Shown here one piece after another: positions 33,439 to 44,165 of a stretch of 64,000 nucleotides of DNA (the stretch's first letter is position 1; each line of letters starts with the position of its first letter). A model generated the notes under the pieces. It searched no databases, was not told the origin of the DNA, and worked only from the letters and a program-made list of their open reading frames with translations. The position numbers were made by a program, and so were the translations under genes. Source of the stretch: an uncultured bacterium (GTDB lineage Bacteria; Actinomycetota; Thermoleophilia; Solirubrobacterales; Solirubrobacteraceae); assembly GCA_963768005.1 (NCBI GenBank), contig CAVYGD010000002.1:151350-215349 (forward strand), read 5' to 3'.

Positions 33439-34428
33439 GTGCGAGCGGTCCAGATCACAGAGCTCACGGGGCCCGAGAGCGCGCTGCGGCTGGTCGAACT
33501 GCCCGAGCCCGAGCGCTCGCACCCGCTGACCCCGGGCGCCGGCATCCTCGTCGACGTACACGCCGCGGGCGTCTCCTTCCCCGAGCTGCTGCAAACGCGC
33601 GGCCGCTACCAGCTCAAGCCCGACCTGCCGTTCGTTCCCGGCAGCGAGGTCGCGGGGGTCGTGCGCGTCGCCCCCGAGGACTCGCGGCTGACAGCCGGCG
33701 AGCGCGTGATGGCGTTCTGCGGCCTCGGCGGCTTCGCGGAGGTCGCCGTCGCCGCCGAACAACTCTGCTTCCCGCTGCCCGAGCCGCTCGACTACGCGCA
33801 GGGCGCAGGCCTCGTCCTCAACTACCACACCGCGTACTTCTCGCTCGAGCGCCGCGGGCGCCTCAAGCAGGGCGAGACCGTGCTCGTCCACGGTGCCGCG
33901 GGCGGGGTCGGAACGGCCTCGCTCCAGGTCGCGCGAGGGCTCGGCGCGCGCACGATCGCAGTCGTTTCGAGCGACGCGAAGCGCAAGGTCGTCGAAGAGG
34001 TCGGCGCCGACCATATCCTCTCCTCGGAGGGGCCCTGGAAGGACGAGGCGCGAGAGATCACGGGCGCTGGGGTCGACGTCGTGCTCGACCCCGTCGGCGG
34101 CGATCGCTTCACGGACTCGTTGCGCTCGCTCGCACCCGAAGGCCGGCTTGTCGTCGTCGGCTTCGCCGGCGGCGGGATCCCCGAGGTGAAGGTCAACCGC
34201 CTCCTGCTCAACAACACCGAGGTCGTCGGCTCCGGCTGGGGCGGCTACGCGATGAGCAGGCCAGAGCTGTTGCGCGAAGTCGGCGACGCGCTCGAGCGCA
34301 TGATCGAGGACGGCGTCGTGCGACCGGTAGTCGGCGAGCACTTCCCGCTCGAGCACGCGGCGCAGGCGCTCGAGCTCATCGACCGCCGCGAGGCGACCGG
34401 CAAGGTCGTGCTCGACGTGCGCGCCTAG
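33439..34428 (+). CDS. NADPH:quinone oxidoreductase (MDR family)
   Basis: PFVPGSE.AG, LVHGAAGGVG, VLDPVGGD, GKVVL. Confidence 0.92.
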   Translation: MRAVQITELTGPESALRLVELPEPERSHPLTPGAGILVDVHAAGVSFPELLQTRGRYQLKPDLPFVPGSEVAGVVRVAPEDSRLTAGERVMAFCGLGGFAEVAVAAEQLCFPLPEPLDYAQGAGLVLNYHTAYFSLERRGRLKQGETVLVHGAAGGVGTASLQVARGLGARTIAVVSSDAKRKVVEEVGADHILSSEGPWKDEAREITGAGVDVVLDPVGGDRFTDSLRSLAPEGRLVVVGFAGGGIPEVKVNRLLLNNTEVVGSGWGGYAMSRPELLREVGDALERMIEDGVVRPVVGEHFPLEHAAQALELIDRREATGKVVLDVRA

Positions 34429-37400
34429 CCGGCACCGATCCCGCCGCCGCCACCCGTTTCGCTCCGCAGCGTGGCGTCCGCGGGTTCGTAGCCGGTTGCG
34501 GTGGCTTCGAGCAGCTCTTCCCAGGCGGTGGGGGTGCGGCGGCTCCCGATCCGCGGGCCGGTGAACGTGAACGCTTCCGAGGTCGCGGCGCCGGCGGCGA
34601 TCGTCACGCGCCCGGGCCGCACGCGCCCGCCGCGGCCGACCACCGCACGCCCATGCACGCGCACCGTGACCGCGCCGCCGTGCGTCGGTTGCGGGTTGGC
34701 CCAGCTGTCCACGAGGCTTACTTCGGCCGTGAAGCGGCCTTCGCTGCCGAGGCCTTCGGCGAGGCATGTGTCCAAGCACGTGCCGACGATCGAGCCCGCG
34801 CTCACTTCCGGTTCGTTCCAGATCAGGTACTTCGCAGGGCCGGGGATCACGGTGAACCTGCTCACACCTTCGACGCGCGCCGCGCCGACGGTCGCAAACG
34901 CGGTGAGTGTCGTCGCGGCGGCCTTGTAGAGCTTGATCGCGGTCGCCGTGCCAACGCCTTCCTTGAACGTGACCGACTTCGCCGAGGCGGGGTATTCGGG
35001 CGCGGTGCCGCTAGGCGCAGCTTCGGGGCCGGAGTAGCCGATCGTCTTCACTTCGCCGGCTGCGCCGCCGTAGCTCGTGATCACGTCGCCGCCGGCGTCG
35101 ACCGCCGTGAGCTTGACGCTGAAAGCCTGCCCCGCTTCGGGTTCCGCGGGCGTCGGCGCCGAGACCTCGAAGGCGGAGATCGGGCCCTGCTTGACGGTGA
35201 TCGCGAGGCCCGCGCCGTTGTTGAGCGCGCCTTCGCGCACCTTGATGTGCGCGGTTTCGACCCTGTAGAGGGTCATCGCTCCGTTGTTGCCAGCTTCGAC
35301 GGTCGCAACGCCGCTTTTGAACTTGATCGGCGTGGCTTCGCCGAACTTCGTCGCGGTGCCGGATTCCGCGGTAACGGTCGGCGCCTTGCCGTTGAGGCCC
35401 GCGGTTGCACCTTCGAAGATCGGGTGCTTCGTTTCGCCCGTGGCACCCCCGAAGGCGGTCGCCGTGTTGCCCCATTCATCGAGCGCGGTCACGGTGAGGT
35501 TGTCGGCCTGGCCGACTTCGACGGTCGTGAGCGCCGCGGCGAGCGTGAAGCTTCGCGCCGTCCCGGCCTTCACGGTGAACGTCCCCGCGCCTTCGTGGGT
35601 CGTCGTTTCTTCCTTGACCTTGAGCGTCGTCGCGGCGGCCTTGTAGAAGTGGAAATTCGGGATCGAGGCGACGCCCGCGGTGAACGTCGGTTCGGTCGTG
35701 GTCGAGTATTCGGGCGCCTTGCCGTTGGGGGCGTTTTCCGCGCCTTCGTAGTGGAGCTTGTGCGTGCGCGCGTAGCTCGTGACGGTGTTGTGCCATTCAT
35801 CCCAGGCCGTGAGCTTGACTTCGAACGCGACGCCGGCTTCGGGTTCTGCGGGCACCGGCGCGATGCCGAAGCTCTTGAACGCGCCCGGCTTGACCGTGAA
35901 CGCTGCGGTGCTCCCTTCGCGCGTGCCTTCCTTCGCGGTCAGCGTTTGGGATCCGGCCTTGTAGAGCTTGATCGCGGTGGCCGTGCCGACGCCTTCCTTG
36001 AAGCTGACCGACGTCGCGGTGGTGGGGTATTCCGGCGCCTTGCCCGAGGGCGAGGCTTCGGGGCCCGAGTAGGCGATCGTCTTCGTTTCGCCGGCGGCGC
36101 CACCGTAGGAGGTGGCGAGGTTGCCACCGGCGTCGAGCGCGGTGATCGTGACGCTGAGCGCGGCGCCGACTTCCGGTTCTGCGGGGGTGGGCGCGGAGAG
36201 CTTGAAGGTGGCGGCCGTCCCAACCTTGACGGTGAACGTGCCAGCGCCTTCGTGGGTCGTCGTTTCTTCCTTGATCTTGAGCGTCGTCGAGGCGGCCTTG
36301 TAGAAGTGGAAGTTCGGGATCGAGGCGACGCCGGCGGTGAACGTGGGTTCGGTCGTAGTCGAGTATTCGGGCGCCTTGCCGTTGGGGGCCGTTTCGGCCC
36401 CTTCGTAGTGCAGCTTGTGTGTGCGCGCGTAGCTCGTGATCGTGTTGTGCCATTCATCCAGCGCGGTGAGCTTGACTTCGAACGCTGCGCCCACTTCGGG
36501 TTCTGCGGGCACCGGCGCGAGCGAGAAGCTCTTGAACGCGCCCGGCTTGACGGTGAACGCTGCGCCAGTCCCTTCGCGCGCGCCTTCCTTCGCGGTCAGT
36601 GTCTGGGATCCGGCCTTGTAAAGCTTGATCGCGGTCGCCGTGCCGACGCCTTCCTTGAAGCTGACCGACGTCGCGGTGGTGGGGTATTCCGGCGCCTTGC
36701 CCGAGGGCGAGGCTTCGGGGCCCGAGTAGGCGATCGTCTTCGTTTCGCCGCCAGCGCCACCGTAGGAGGTGGCGAGGTTGCCGTAGGTGTCAAAAGCGCT
36801 CAGCGTGACGCTGAAGGCCTGGCCCGCTTCGGGTTCGGTCGGGTTCGGCGCCGAGAGCTTGAAGCTGGCGGCGGCGCCCGGCTTGACCGTGAACGCCGCG
36901 CTAGTCCCTTCGCGCGTGCCTTCCTTGGCGGTCAGCGTGCTCAATGCGGCCTTGTAGAGCTTGATCGCGGTCGCCGTGCCGACGCCTTCCTTGAAGCTGA
37001 CCGACGTCGCGGTGGTGGGGTATTCCGGCGCCTTGCCCGAGGGCGAGGCTTCGGGGCCCGAGTAGGCGATCGTCTTCGTTTCGCCGCCAGCGCCGCCGTA
37101 GGAGATGGCGAGGTTGCCACCGGCGTCGAGCGCGGTGATCGTGACGCTGAGCGCGGCGCCGACTTCCGGTTCTGCGGGGGTGGGCGCGGAGAGCTTGAAG
37201 GTGGCGGCCGTCCCAACCTTGACGGTGAACGTGCCAGCGCCTTCGTGGGTCGTCGTTTCTTCCTTGATCTTGAGCGTCGTCGAGGCGGCCTTGTAGAAGC
37301 GGAAGTTCGGGATCGAGGCGACGCCGGCGGTGAACGTGGGTTCGGTCGTAGTCGAGTATTCGGGCGCCTTGCCGTTGGGGGCCGTTTCGGCCCCTTCGTA

Positions 37401-40400
37401 GTGCAGCTTGTGTGTGCGCGCGTAGCTCGTGATCGTGTTGTGCCATTCATCCAGCGCGGTGAGCTTGACTTCGAACGCGGCGCCCACTTCGGGTTCTGCG
37501 GGCACCGGCGCGATGCCGAAGCTCTTGAAGGCGCCGGCCTTCACGGCGAACGCCGCGCTAGTCCCTTCGCGCGTGCCTTCCTTCGCGGTCAGCGTTTGGG
37601 ATCCGGCCTTGTAGAGCTTGATCGCCGTGGCCGTGCCGACGCCTTCCTTGAAGCTGACCGCCGTCGCGGTGGTCGGGTATTCGGGCGCCTTGCCCGAGGG
37701 CGAGGCTTCGGGGCCCGAGTAGGCGATCGTCTTCGTTTCGCCGCCAGCGCCGCCGTAGGTGGTGGCGAGGTTGCCGTAGGTGTCAAAGGCGCTCAGCGTG
37801 ACGCTGAAGGCCTGGCCCGCTTCGGGTTCAGCTGGGTTCGGCGCGGAGAGCTTGAAGCTGGCGGCCGCGCCCGGCTTGACCGTGAACGCCGCCGTGCTCC
37901 CTTCCCGCGTGCCTTCCTTGGCGGTCAGCGTGCTCAATGCGGCCTTGTAGAGCTTGATGCCCGTGGCCGTGCCGACGCCTTCCTTGAAGCTGACCGACGT
38001 CGCGGTGGTGGGGTATTCCGGCGCCTTGCCCGAGGGCGAGGCTTCGGGGCCCGAGTAGGCGATCGTCTTCGTTTCGCCGCCAGCGCCGCCGTAGGAGGTG
38101 GCGAGGTTGCCGTAGGTGTCAAAGGCGCTCAGCGTGACGCTGAAGGCCTGGCCCGCTTCGGGTTCGGTCGGGTTCGGCGCCGAGAGCTTGAAGGTGGCGG
38201 CGGCGCCCGGCTTGACCGTGAACGTGCCAGCGCCTTCGTGGCCGGAGGTTTCTTCCTTGACCTTGAGCGTCGTTGCGGCGGCCTTGTAGAAATGGAAACC
38301 GGGGATCGAGGCGACGCCGGCGGTGAACGTCGGTTCGGTCGTGGTCGAGTATTCGGGCGCCCTTCCGCTGGGCGATGCTTCGGCGCCTTCGTAGTGCAGC
38401 TTGTGCGTGCGCGCGTAGCTCGTGATCGTGTTGTCCCATTCATCGAGCGCCGTGAGCTTGACTTCGAAGACCGCGCCCACTTCGGGTTCTGCGGGCACCG
38501 CCGTGAGACCGAAGCTCTTGAAGGCGCCGGCCTTCACAGTGAACGCCGCGCTAGTCCCTTCGCGCGCGCCTTCCTTCGCGGTGAGTGTCTGGGATCCGGC
38601 CTTGTAGAGCTTGATGGCGGTCGCGGTGCCGACGCCTTCCTTGAAGGTGACCGCTGTCGCGGTGGTCGGGTATTCCGGCGCCTTGCCCGAGGGCGAGGCT
38701 CCCGGGCCCGAGTAGGCGATCGTCTTGACTTCGCCGGCCGCGCCGCCGTAGGACGTGGCGAGGTTGCCACCGGCGTCGAGCGCGGTGATCGTGACGTTGA
38801 GCGCCTGGCCTGCTTCGGGTTCGGCCGGTGTCGGCGCCGAGAGCTTGAACGACGCGGCTGTCCCCGCCTTCACGTTGAACGTGCCGGTGCCTTCGTGACC
38901 GGAGGTTTCTTCCTTGACCTTGAGCGTGGTCGATGCGGCCTTGTAGAAATGGAATCCGGGGATCGAGGCGACGCCGGCGGTGAACGTCGGTTCGGTCGTG
39001 GTCGAGTATTCGGGCGCCTTGCCGTTGGGGGCGTTTTCCGCGCCTTCGTACTGCAACTTGTGCGTGCGCGCGTAGCTCGTGATCGTGTTGTGCCATTCGT
39101 CGAGCGCCGTGAGCTTGACTTCGACCGCGGCGCCCACTTCGGGTTCTGCGGGCACCGGCGTGAGCGAGAAGCTCTTGAAGGCGCCCGGCTTGACCGTGAA
39201 CGCGGCCGTGCTCCCTTCGCGCGTGCCTTCCTTCGCGGTGAGCGTTTGGGCGGCTGCCTTGTAGAGCTTGATCGCCGTGGCCGTGCCGACGCCTTCCTTG
39301 AAGCTGACCGCCGTCGCGGTGGTCGGGTATTCCGGCGCCTTGCCCGACGGCGAGGCTTCGGGGCCCGAGTAGGCGATCGTCTTCGTTTCGCCGCCAGCGC
39401 CGCCGTAGGTGGTGGCGAGGTTGCCGTAGGTGTCAAAGGCGCTCAGCGTGACGCTGAAGGCCTGGCCCGCTTCGGGTTCAGCTGGGTTCGGCGCCGAGAG
39501 CTTGAAGCTGGCGGCCGAGGAGGGCTTCACGGCGAACGCCGCGCTAGTCCCTTCGCGCGTGCCTTCCTTCGCGGTCAGCGTTTGGGATCCGGCCTTGTAG
39601 AGCTTGATCGCCGTGGCCGTGCCGACGCCTTCCTTGAAGCTGACCGCCGTCGCGGTGGTCGGGTATTCGGGCGCCTTGCCCGAGGGCGAGGCTTCGGGGC
39701 CCGAGTAGGCGATCGTCTTCGTTTCGCCGCCAGCGCCGCCGTAGGTGGTGGCGAGGTTGCCGTAGGTGTCAAAGGCGCTGAGCGTGACGCTGAAGGCCTG
39801 GCCCGCTTCGGGTTCAGCTGGGTTCGGCGCCGAGAGCTTGAAGCTGGCGGCCGAGGAGGGCTTCACAGTGAACGCCGCGCTAGTCCCTTCGCGCGCGCCT
39901 TCCTTCGCGGTGAGTGTCTGGGATCCGGCCTTGTAGAGCTTGATGGCGGTCGCGGTGCCGACGCCTTCCTTGAAGGTGACCGCTCGTCGCGGTGGTCGGG
40001 TATTCCGGCGCCTTGCCCGAGGGCGAGGCTCCCGGGCCCGAGTAGGCGATCGTCTTGACTTCGCCGGCCGCGCCGCCGTAGGACGTGGCGAGGTTGCCAC
40101 CGGCGTCGAGCGCGGTGATCGTGACGTTGAGCGCCTGGCCTGCTTCGGGTTCGGCCGGTGTCGGCGCCGAGAGCTTGAACGACGCGGCTGTCCCCGCCTT
40201 CACGTTGAACGTGCCGGTGCCTTCGTGACCGGAGGTTTCTTCCTTGACCTTGAGCGTGGTCGATGCGGCCTTGTAGAAATGGAATCCGGGGATCGAGGCG
40301 ACGCCGGCGGTGAACGTCGGTTCGGTCGTGGTCGAGTATTCGGGCGCCTTGCCGTTGGGGGCGTTTTCCGCGCCTTCGTACTGCAACTTGTGCGTGCGCG

Positions 40401-41655
40401 CGTAGCTCGTGATCGTGTTGTGCCATTCGTCGAGCGCCGTGAGCTTGACTTCGACCGCGGCGCCCACTTCGGGTTCTGCGGGCACCGGCGTGAGCGAGAA
40501 GCTCTTGAAGGCGCCCGGCTTGACCGTGAACGCGGCCGTGCTCCCTTCGCGCGTGCCTTCCTTCGCGGTGAGCGTTTGGGCGGCTGCCTTGTAGAGCTTG
40601 ATCGCCGTGGCCGTGCCGACGCCTTCCTTGAAGCTGACCGCCGTCGCGGTGGTCGGGTATTCCGGCGCCTTGCCCGACGGCGAGGCTTCGGGGCCCGAGT
40701 AGGCGATCGTCTTCGTTTCGCCGCCAGCGCCGCCGTAGGTGGTGGCGAGGTTGCCGTAGGTGTCAAAGGCGCTCAGCGTGACGCTGAAGGCCTGGCCCGC
40801 TTCGGGTTCAGCTGGGTTCGGCGCCGAGAGCTTGAAGCTGGCGGCCGAGGAGGGCTTCACAGTGACCGCCAGACCTGCGCCGTTGTTGAGCGAGCCTTCG
40901 CGGACCTTGATGTGCGCTTCGCCAGCCTTGTATAGCCGCATCAGGCCGTTCGCCGACCCCGAAACCGTGGCCTTGCCTTCGGTGAAGCGGATCGTCGTGC
41001 TTTCCGCGAACTTGCGCGCCGTACCCGCTTCGTCGGCGACCGTCGGTTCGTTCCCGCTCGGCGCAGCGCTCGCCCCTTCGAAGACGAGCGCGTGCGGTCC
41101 GGCGTAGCCCTTGACAGGGTTGTTCGTGGCGTCCTTGGCGACGATCGTGAGCGCGTCGGCTTCACCGGCGGTCGGCGTGACGCTCGCGGCTTCGAGCACG
41201 AGGTGCGTGGCCGTGTTGCTCGTCACCGTGACGGTTTTTTCGCTGCTCGTCGCGCTCCACGTGCGCCAGATAGCGGTGACCGTGTAGGTGTGGTTGCCCG
41301 GCGGCACGCCCGTGTCGGTGCAGCTCGTCACGCTCGAGGGCGCGGTGCGGCTGGGGCAGCCCGCGCCGGCCGGCCCGCCGTCGCGCGAGACGTAGTATTC
41401 GACCGCGCCGGCGCCGGGTGGAGGAACCGCGGACCAGCTGAGCGCGACCGATTCCACGCCGGGGGTTGCGCTCGTGATCGTCGGCGCCGAAAGCGTCGTG
41501 AGGCTCGCGCCGGCGGTGAATTCTCCCGAGCTCGTCCAGAACGCGAGCGCCGCGCCGGTGGCCGCGGAGACCACGACGATCACCGCGAGCGAGACCACCT
41601 GCGCGTGCGTCCTCAAGCGCCTCAGTGTCACGGGTACTCTGAGGCGCGGGCGCAT
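34425..41655 (-). CDS. Giant (~2,409 aa) secreted Ig-like repeat protein with AFWT-type N-terminus, single +1 frameshift near 39985
   Basis: Signal peptide ending GAALA-FWTSSG; FN3-like domain; 19 beta-rich repeats; unique C-terminal domain with CLDTC; no LPXTG or C-terminal TM; TAATG overlap with the upstream gene. Confidence 0.9.
34840..41215 (-). repeat. Intragenic array of three repeat types: A (336 nt), B (321 nt), C (~360 nt)
   Basis: Order C-A-B-A-A-A-B-A-B-A-A-B-A-A-B-A-B-C-A; 657- and 993-nt periodicities visible in the ORF track; 38.5-39.5 kb nearly identical to 39.9-40.9 kb. Confidence 0.9.
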
Positions 41656-42680
41656 TAGGAGTGGGCACTCCCCGAGTAGGTCAACGGGAAGGTCGCGTTT
41701 TGACACGCGTTCTGGTTGACCGGCAGGTTCAAGAGCTGAAGCGACGGCGCCGAGACGCCCTGCGCGGGCAGCGTGACGGCTGTGTTCGCGGGCACCGTGA
41801 TCGGCTTTTCCGCGGAGGCGTCTGACTGCGTGACGCGAACGTTTTCTTCCGCGGGGCAGCCTTCGGGGCTGCTCGCGACGGTGACCGTGAGGCCGGTGAC
41901 GTAGATCGGGACGGGGTTGGGGTTGAAGAGTGCGAGCGGGATGTTGAGCGCGGGCCCGCCGGGGTAGAGCGCGCCTTCGGGCGTGCCGGAAATGATGAAT
42001 CCCTTCGGACGCGCGATCGGCGTCGAGCCTCCGCCGCTGCCGGTGGAGCCTCCGCCGGACCCCGACGTTCCCCCGCTGCCGGAGCCGCCGCTGCCGGCGA
42101 TCGTCGAGCCCGAGCCGCTGCTCTGCGCGGAGCCCGAGCTCGAGCTCGAGCCGGTTCCCAACGGCGAGTGCTGTCCGGCTTCGAGCTGCGCCCTCGTGAG
42201 GACGGTCCACGCGTAGACCGCGAGGCGACTTTCCCTACCGGTCTTGCTCTTGGCCTTCACGCGGAAGGTGTGGCCGCCGAGCTCGAGCAGCTTGCCTGCT
42301 CCCTTCAGGAGCGAGCGCTCGCCGCTGGGGCGGCTGCGTCCACGCGAGCGTTTGGCTCCGCGGCTCTTCACCTTCTCTTCGATGAGGCCGTAGAGCGCGC
42401 GCGAGGAACATGGGACGAACTTGGAGTTATCGAGCGAGCACTTGAATCTGACGCCCGGCTCCTTGTCGGAAAAAGTGAAAAGCGCCCACCTGACGTCCGT
42501 GCGGCTGCTTGGCTTTTGGACGATGTGCGGGATGGGCACGACGTGGTGCCCGGTGATCGCCTCGCGAGCCGCGTCGACGGCGTAAGCGCCGCCCGCGCAT
42601 ACGCTGAGCGCGCAGAGCGCCGCAACCGGAGCGGCACCCGTGGTGCCTCTGGCTTCGCTTGGCTTGGGGACGGAAATCAT
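41655..42680 (-). CDS. Secreted protein: Ig-like domain, Gly/Ser linker, C-terminal TasA-like domain lacking the N-terminal strand
   Basis: FKCSLD..F.PCSS and GGHTFRVKA Ig-like signature; LYPGG, NPNP, NQNACQNATFPLTY paralogous to 42971-43438; AAGGAG RBS. Confidence 0.8.
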   Translation of the reverse strand: MISVPKPSEARGTTGAAPVAALCALSVCAGGAYAVDAAREAITGHHVVPIPHIVQKPSSRTDVRWALFTFSDKEPGVRFKCSLDNSKFVPCSSRALYGLIEEKVKSRGAKRSRGRSRPSGERSLLKGAGKLLELGGHTFRVKAKSKTGRESRLAVYAWTVLTRAQLEAGQHSPLGTGSSSSSGSAQSSGSGSTIAGSGGSGSGGTSGSGGGSTGSGGGSTPIARPKGFIISGTPEGALYPGGPALNIPLALFNPNPVPIYVTGLTVTVASSPEGCPAEENVRVTQSDASAEKPITVPANTAVTLPAQGVSAPSLQLLNLPVNQNACQNATFPLTYSGSAHS

Positions 42681-42821
42681 GCTGCGGAAAGCTCCTTCGG
42701 CAGAACTCCCTCACTGTGTGAGGGTCGCTCTGCAGTCGGTCCTTCCGGCAAACGCAACTCGCTTGCCCCGTGCTGCTACGGAGTGTGCTTGGCGGCTGGT
42801 TTCAAGGAAGCCGTCGTCCCC

Positions 42822-42948
42822 TGGGGGCGCTCAGCGCCTGAGAAGCTCGAACGCTCTCAAGAGCGGGCGCCCCCATTGGGGATTACGGTGGGGCGGCGGC
42901 CGTAGCCGCCGCCCCGTCTCCCTGTCCCCCTAGCAGCCGAAGGCTGCC
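42822..42948 (-). promoter_or_regulatory. Intra-operon hairpin cluster (attenuator or mRNA stabiliser)
   Basis: 11-bp GC stem with a 4-nt loop at 42890-42915; TGGGGGCGC/GCGCCCCCA at 42822-42875; GCAGCC-TTCG-GCTGC near 42933-42948; no U-tract. Confidence 0.6.
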
Positions 42949-42970
42949 AAGTTGCTGTTACCGAGAAGGC

Positions 42971-43438
42971 CTACTGCGCGATGTAGTGGAGATTGACCGT
43001 CGCGCCCTTGCAGGCGTTCTGGTTTTCTTCCTTGGGGTCGGACATCGCGACCGACACCTTGGCGCTGGTCGATTCGCCGGGCTTCAGTTCGGCGACGATC
43101 GCCTGCGTGGCGGGCGTGACCGTGAACCACTTCTTTTCACAGCCGGTGCCTTCCTTCGAGTTACCAGTGAGCGCTGTTTCAAGCGTGCTCACGTGGATCG
43201 ATTCGGTCGCGCTTGTGTTCTGGACCGTGACGGTGACTTCGGTGGAAGCACCGGGGAACAGTCCTTCGACAGGCGTGCTCGAGACCTTCAGGTGTTCGGT
43301 CGGATTGTTGACGTGCGCTTCCCCGGTCCCTTCGCCTGAGGTGGTCCAATACGCAAAAGCTGCGGCGCCCGCGAGGGCGAGACCAACGACAGTCGCAAGA
43401 ACGGTTGCACGACGCGACCTTCTCTTGATGAGTGACAT
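42971..43438 (-). CDS. Putative TasA/CalY-like fibre major subunit (155 aa)
   Basis: KRRSRR plus hydrophobic stretch plus AFA-YWTTSG.G.G.A; LFPG; V.V.N; two Cys; ENQNACKGATVNLHY.AQ; AAGGAG RBS. Confidence 0.72.
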   Translation of the reverse strand: MSLIKRRSRRATVLATVVGLALAGAAAFAYWTTSGEGTGEAHVNNPTEHLKVSSTPVEGLFPGASTEVTVTVQNTSATESIHVSTLETALTGNSKEGTGCEKKWFTVTPATQAIVAELKPGESTSAKVSVAMSDPKEENQNACKGATVNLHYIAQ

Positions 43439-43475
43439 AGCGGCAAGAGCTCCTTTGTTGACTTCACAGGACTTG

Positions 43476-43550
43476 CCGGGCAGCTGGGCTATCTCAAAAG
43501 AGACCCCTAGCTTTGCGAGCCCGCCTCGCGACGGGAGTGCCTTTTTCCGG
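43476..43550 (-). ncRNA. c-di-GMP-I (GEMM-I) riboswitch
   Basis: CCGGAAAAAGGCACTCCCGTC-GCGA-GGCGGGCT-CGCAAAGC-TAGGGGTCTC-TTTT-GAGATAGCCCAGCTGCCCGG: P1, GNRA-capped P2, CGCAAAG junction, P3 GGTCT/ATAGC, terminal GCTGCC. Confidence 0.88.
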
Positions 43551-43608
43551 ATTGCTTCGGAATGCGGCCCGGCGCTCCGTGAAGGGGGAGCTTTGGCCCG
43601 CACCGCCC

Positions 43609-43637
43609 TAATCGGGCCACGGTGTGTCGTCCTTTAG
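43609..43637 (-). promoter_or_regulatory. sigma28/WhiG-like promoter upstream of the riboswitch
   Basis: CTAAA-N16-CCCGATTA about 60 nt before the aptamer. Confidence 0.6.
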
Positions 43638-43813
43638 TGCCGCACGACACGATGTGGACGGACGTAGGGCGTATGCGGTGCCGAAATGCTGTGAATGTGC
43701 ACAAAACGCCGCGGCACTCGCGGGCGCGCTGCTGATGCTCGGCGGGGTTCCTCGCGGGCGTGCTGAGCGGCTTGATCGCGAGCTACGGCGGCGCGTGAGC
43801 GCCGGCGGAGCGC

Positions 43814-44014
43814 TTAGCGGAGCTCGGCGGAGGGGTGCCCGAGATGCCAGTTGCGGCAGAAGGGGCAGCGGTAGGGAGCGAGGCGCTCACCGGTGTGGAG
43901 GCGTACGAAGTAGGCGGCGTCGCGCGCCTCCTGCTCGTCGGCGTAGCGCTGCTTCTCGCCGCATGCGCGCGCCTTGCTGCGCGTGAACCAGCGTTCGATG
44001 TCGTCTGCGGGCAC
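43814..44014 (-). CDS. Small putative Zn-binding protein (66 aa)
   Basis: C..K.RY and YRCPFCRNWHL motif. Confidence 0.7.
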   Translation of the reverse strand: MPADDIERWFTRSKARACGEKQRYADEQEARDAAYFVRLHTGERLAPYRCPFCRNWHLGHPSAELR

Positions 44015-44165
44015 AGGCGAAGGTTGGCAGAGCGCGAGGCGGGCATTGGCGAGGGGCGAGGCGCTCCCGGCGCCCCGCCCCTCTGCCCTCTCGTCCCCCT
44101 CGAGCCCCTTTTGCGCGGCGCCGGCGGAAACCGCTCACACCTTGCCGGCGCCGTCGCTTGAGGGG

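Noticed and set aside
33333-40935. 2241-aa and 331-aa plus-strand ORFs
   Set aside because: Arg/Gly/Phe-rich antisense shadows of the giant repeat gene; stop-free opposite frames are expected with high-GC codon bias
34840-41215. Repeat array as a CRISPR or DGR template/variable pair
   Set aside because: Units are 321-360 nt and in-frame coding, with no spacers, cas genes or reverse transcriptase, and differences are not adenine-specific
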